Below the pieces are notes generated by a model. The model did no database searches, had not been told where the DNA came from, and saw nothing but the letters and a program-made list of their open reading frames with translations. Of a stretch of 43,511 nucleotides of DNA, positions 41,701-43,511 are shown piece by piece; position 1 is the first letter of the stretch, and every line of letters starts with the position of its first letter. Source of the stretch: a virus (taxonomy: Duplodnaviria; Caudoviricetes). The stretch is taken from IMG/VR virus record IMGVR_UViG_3300005573_000146, positions 1-43,511 of that record; one strand, 5' to 3'. The position numbers and the translations under genes are program-made.

Positions 41701-43511
41701 CCGGGCGGACTTGGATGCCGCGTATGCGAGTTTCCGAGACAGGATCAACGAAGCGAAAGCCGCAGGCGTGAAGGTCGGTGATTTGGGCGAGAACTACTGG
41801 CACCGCCGGGCCAGGGATTACGAGTCGTTGAGGAAGCTGCTGGGCAACAATATGGGGGTGTTCGAGGAAGCGTGGAAAGTCGCCGAGGAATCGTTGGGGC
41901 GGCCCCTCCGCGACAGCGAGAAGTACCAAGTTGCAGTCACATACATGGAAGGCCGCGGCCCGCGCAAAGCCGGCGAGTCGGGGCTTACGTTTCAGAAGGA
42001 ACGTAAGATCGACCTGATCACGAAGGAGATGCTTCCGCTGTACGCTGATCCGTTCGACAGTCTGCTGCGGTACAACAATGAGATGATCGCCGCGACGGAG
42101 CGAGCGAAGTTCCTCGGCAAGAACCACGATCCCGCGAACCTAAAGGATTCGGTGGGCCGGATCATCACGGAGGAGATCGCCGCCGGGCGCATGGACCCGG
42201 AGGCCCAGCGGGAAGTGAACGGACTGCTGCGGTCCCGGCTCACCGGCGAGATGCTGGGCATGACGCCGGGGTTCAGGGCGGCCAAGCAGAGTATCCTGCT
42301 CACGTCGCTGGTCCGCGTAACCAGCGCCCTCGCCCAGATCAAGGACGTGGGAATCTCCGCTTACGCACACGGAATAGGGAATACGGCGAAGGCTTTGTTC
42401 GGGCCGCGAGACCAGAAGATTTACACGGAGGAGCTAGGATTCCACGGGCACGGCGAAGAATTCAAGGATGTCGGTCGGCTCGCAAAGACATTGGATCGCG
42501 GTTTGAAGGCCGTCGGATTCACCCGCATCGATCGTCTCGGCAAGGAGACGTTCATCAACGCCGCGAGGATGGACTTCCAGAACGCGGCGAAGCACCCGGA
42601 GGGCAGCAGATACGCCAAAATCCGCCGGGATTGGGAGCCGGTTCTGGGTGCGGAGCGGTTCAAGGAAACGATGGCCGATCTGGCAAAGGGCGACTTCCGC
42701 TCCGAGGATGTCCGCTACATGCTCAACGTGGACATCTGCAAAGTCCAACCTATGACGCTTACGGAGATGCCCAAACAGTATCTCGACATGCGGAACGGCC
42801 GGCTGTTGTATACCCTGAAGTCGTTCACGCTCCGGCAGTTCAACTACTTCCGCAATGAAACGTTTCGGAAGATGGCGACGCCGGGACAGCGGGTGGAAGG
42901 CGTCCGCAACCTCGCCCGGTTCACAGCGATCGTCGGGGCGGCTAACTTCGGCGTAGACCTTCTCCGTGATTGGATCAGGGGCAAGCGTATCTCGATAGAC
43001 CAGATTCCCGATCGGGCGATTGACGCGGTGTTGGGCATTATCGGGGTCAACAAGTTCTTGGGCAAGGGTCTTTGGGAAGACCCGGTAGAGGGTCTGATGA
43101 AGATCATCGCTCCGCCGGCGGGAATCTTCAAGGCCGTGTGGCGGGACGCGACGGGCCAGGGCCACGGGGAAACCTTGCAGTACACCCCCGGCTTCGGGGA
43201 CTTCGGATACTACCGCCTCGGTCACGGTGCCACGCTGAACGAACAGGAGGCGAGGCAGGACTACAACAGCAGGCTCCGCAAGCTGCACACACAGGCGGCG
43301 GCGGCCAAGAATTCAGGCGACACCGCAACCGCTCGCTCGCTGATGAACGTCTATAACGAGAGCCTGAAGGAGACCCCCACAGGCGCGAAGCGGCGGAAGC
43401 CGTTGACGTTCCGTGACCTCGACTATCCGCCCATGGACAGCGGAGAGCGGGAGGACAAGAAGAAGGCAAACGAGGCGGCCCTTGAAGCCGTGAGAAGCGG
43501 CGACTTGGAAG
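38720..43511 (+). CDS. Large internal virion / ejection protein (more than 1597 aa, 3' end outside the window) with an internal GGDEF domain
   Basis: Not in the ORF track because it has no stop in the window. My translation is open from ATG 38720 (MPTFEEAQQSLQRVRVEYPQYADMDDTTLATRLSQKYPEY) to the end. GGDEF domain at ~40700-41170; the C-terminal part (ENYWHR, LLRY, GRLLYTLKSF) resembles podoviral large ejection proteins. Confidence 0.85.
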   Translation, partial: MPTFEEAQQSLQRVRVEYPQYADMDDTTLATRLSQKYPEYGDIAQAIASRPARRDVPMAEQQIPGVSRIFEGMEPEAYSGLLKTGITPGTAMHFAAAHIEHENAIRAQNGAAPVSPGEQLAIEDIYKQAAGRGDLSSHDFYPEVRQERLAARDKTVGGRLTNFAVGAVDTLAAQPINAMLSTVAPETARDLRRETEMGLGVDPKSWSGWSGHMTGNLAKLAILQGAGTLPMTAEFAVEGFGGSRAETQQLREEGKVISGWNDIKTAAERAAVQAGVGLIQNKIFGGSQAFGRKLVEDAAVSGGQTLADNWLAQNIDPTRKLSQGVVEAVATSPLFTAVGHAVGVNERNQKIREDKVRTAKEILREMDARAASNETMVAARDVRLGDARVEGETGVKLEGVSTDAETAHRFGEKPTGLFTKPVGDAIGFDDSGLPHSLEDRASDNGFVAAWKDKNTGEIFTGETHDKAIPDKYLDAQGFPDESRLDQLIDGFVKDGRFLTREETSAALKQSKPVKDLTEAQVNIPDPARQAAVERLKGLGIKTLSGEWSKGEKVPLEDAPTEKVLRAEQVAREKGLLKGGDHVQGKQDQVQVTQPGEPAGPEGRRKVLPDLPGDHGKWKYQALKDWAEANGYETKGIKGRAHLLTAIEAQQAKARIDKLSRNNVTGGLNAVLFQEGSESLQKHSDETGKPHSMIVFDAANLKTYNDKLGEQAGDDYLRRVMQAVEGGTRVGDSKRAGDAYHYGGDEFAILLPNTDAAGAKIVRDRIEKAFGKHEIVHGVSDFLVGGVAEYKPGSGEGYEAMKNRASVEMKARKLAMKKAMGEATTREEAERRLKDAGKAAPLEESKLGLERADVKGNLDPRVLEVAENVRATTPSDGLEGLKADLKGVHETAYKSPPIMGTYNKYPRRRFEGFEDWVTGIGDRMYEIAPSVFDRMKRMDFQTGVRQQEVAKSLAEHVQNLYDAVGGKKSQKYQELALALYNMDRAAADRLVGPGHRADLDAAYASFRDRINEAKAAGVKVGDLGENYWHRRARDYESLRKLLGNNMGVFEEAWKVAEESLGRPLRDSEKYQVAVTYMEGRGPRKAGESGLTFQKERKIDLITKEMLPLYADPFDSLLRYNNEMIAATERAKFLGKNHDPANLKDSVGRIITEEIAAGRMDPEAQREVNGLLRSRLTGEMLGMTPGFRAAKQSILLTSLVRVTSALAQIKDVGISAYAHGIGNTAKALFGPRDQKIYTEELGFHGHGEEFKDVGRLAKTLDRGLKAVGFTRIDRLGKETFINAARMDFQNAAKHPEGSRYAKIRRDWEPVLGAERFKETMADLAKGDFRSEDVRYMLNVDICKVQPMTLTEMPKQYLDMRNGRLLYTLKSFTLRQFNYFRNETFRKMATPGQRVEGVRNLARFTAIVGAANFGVDLLRDWIRGKRISIDQIPDRAIDAVLGIIGVNKFLGKGLWEDPVEGLMKIIAPPAGIFKAVWRDATGQGHGETLQYTPGFGDFGYYRLGHGATLNEQEARQDYNSRLRKLHTQAAAAKNSGDTATARSLMNVYNESLKETPTGAKRRKPLTFRDLDYPPMDSGEREDKKKANEAALEAVRSGDLE
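40700..41170 (+). other. GGDEF (diguanylate cyclase-like) domain within the giant ORF
   Basis: NNVTGGLN...SMIVFDAANLKTYNDKLGEQAGDDYLRRV...RAGDAYHYGGDEFAILLP...GGVAEY...RASVEMKARK. GGDEF is encoded at 40943-40957, in frame with ATG 38720. Confidence 0.9.

Larger units (their letters stand above)
1..43511. mobile_element. Temperate tailed phage genome segment (podovirus-like), probably infecting a planctomycete; both ends are cut by the window
   Basis: Contiguous replication, integration, packaging, capsid, tail and ejection modules in two divergent arms. No host housekeeping operons. No tape-measure or sheath gene recognised. Confidence 0.93.

Overview
The whole window reads as part of one GC-rich temperate tailed phage (podovirus-like virion module). 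The host is probably a planctomycete, inferred from an LEPR-XLL-type export motif and an integrase of the Arg-to-Asn variant type. The left arm (minus strand, 1-20.3 kb) encodes replication and recombination genes: a partial dNTP diphosphohydrolase-like gene, primase-ATPase, SSB-like protein, GroES, AAA_24 ATPase, PD-(D/E)XK nuclease, RuvC-like resolvase, family A DNA polymerase and a beta-clamp-like protein. It also holds a degenerate tRNA, a very acidic repeat protein, a stand-alone MORC-type GHKL ATPase, an attP candidate carrying the 5' half of tRNA-Leu(CAA), integrase and excisionase, and a captured IS3 remnant plus DNA methyltransferase cassette. A non-coding switch region (20.3-21.3 kb) has 13 ACGTCACA repeats and divergent promoters. 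The right arm (plus strand) encodes terminase, portal, scaffold, capsid, tail, fibres and ejection proteins. The most striking observation is absent from the supplied ORF track: an open frame from 38720 to the window end (more than 1597 aa), probably an injected virion protein, contains an internal GGDEF (diguanylate cyclase-like) domain. All calls come from reading motifs and gene context by eye; no database search was run.
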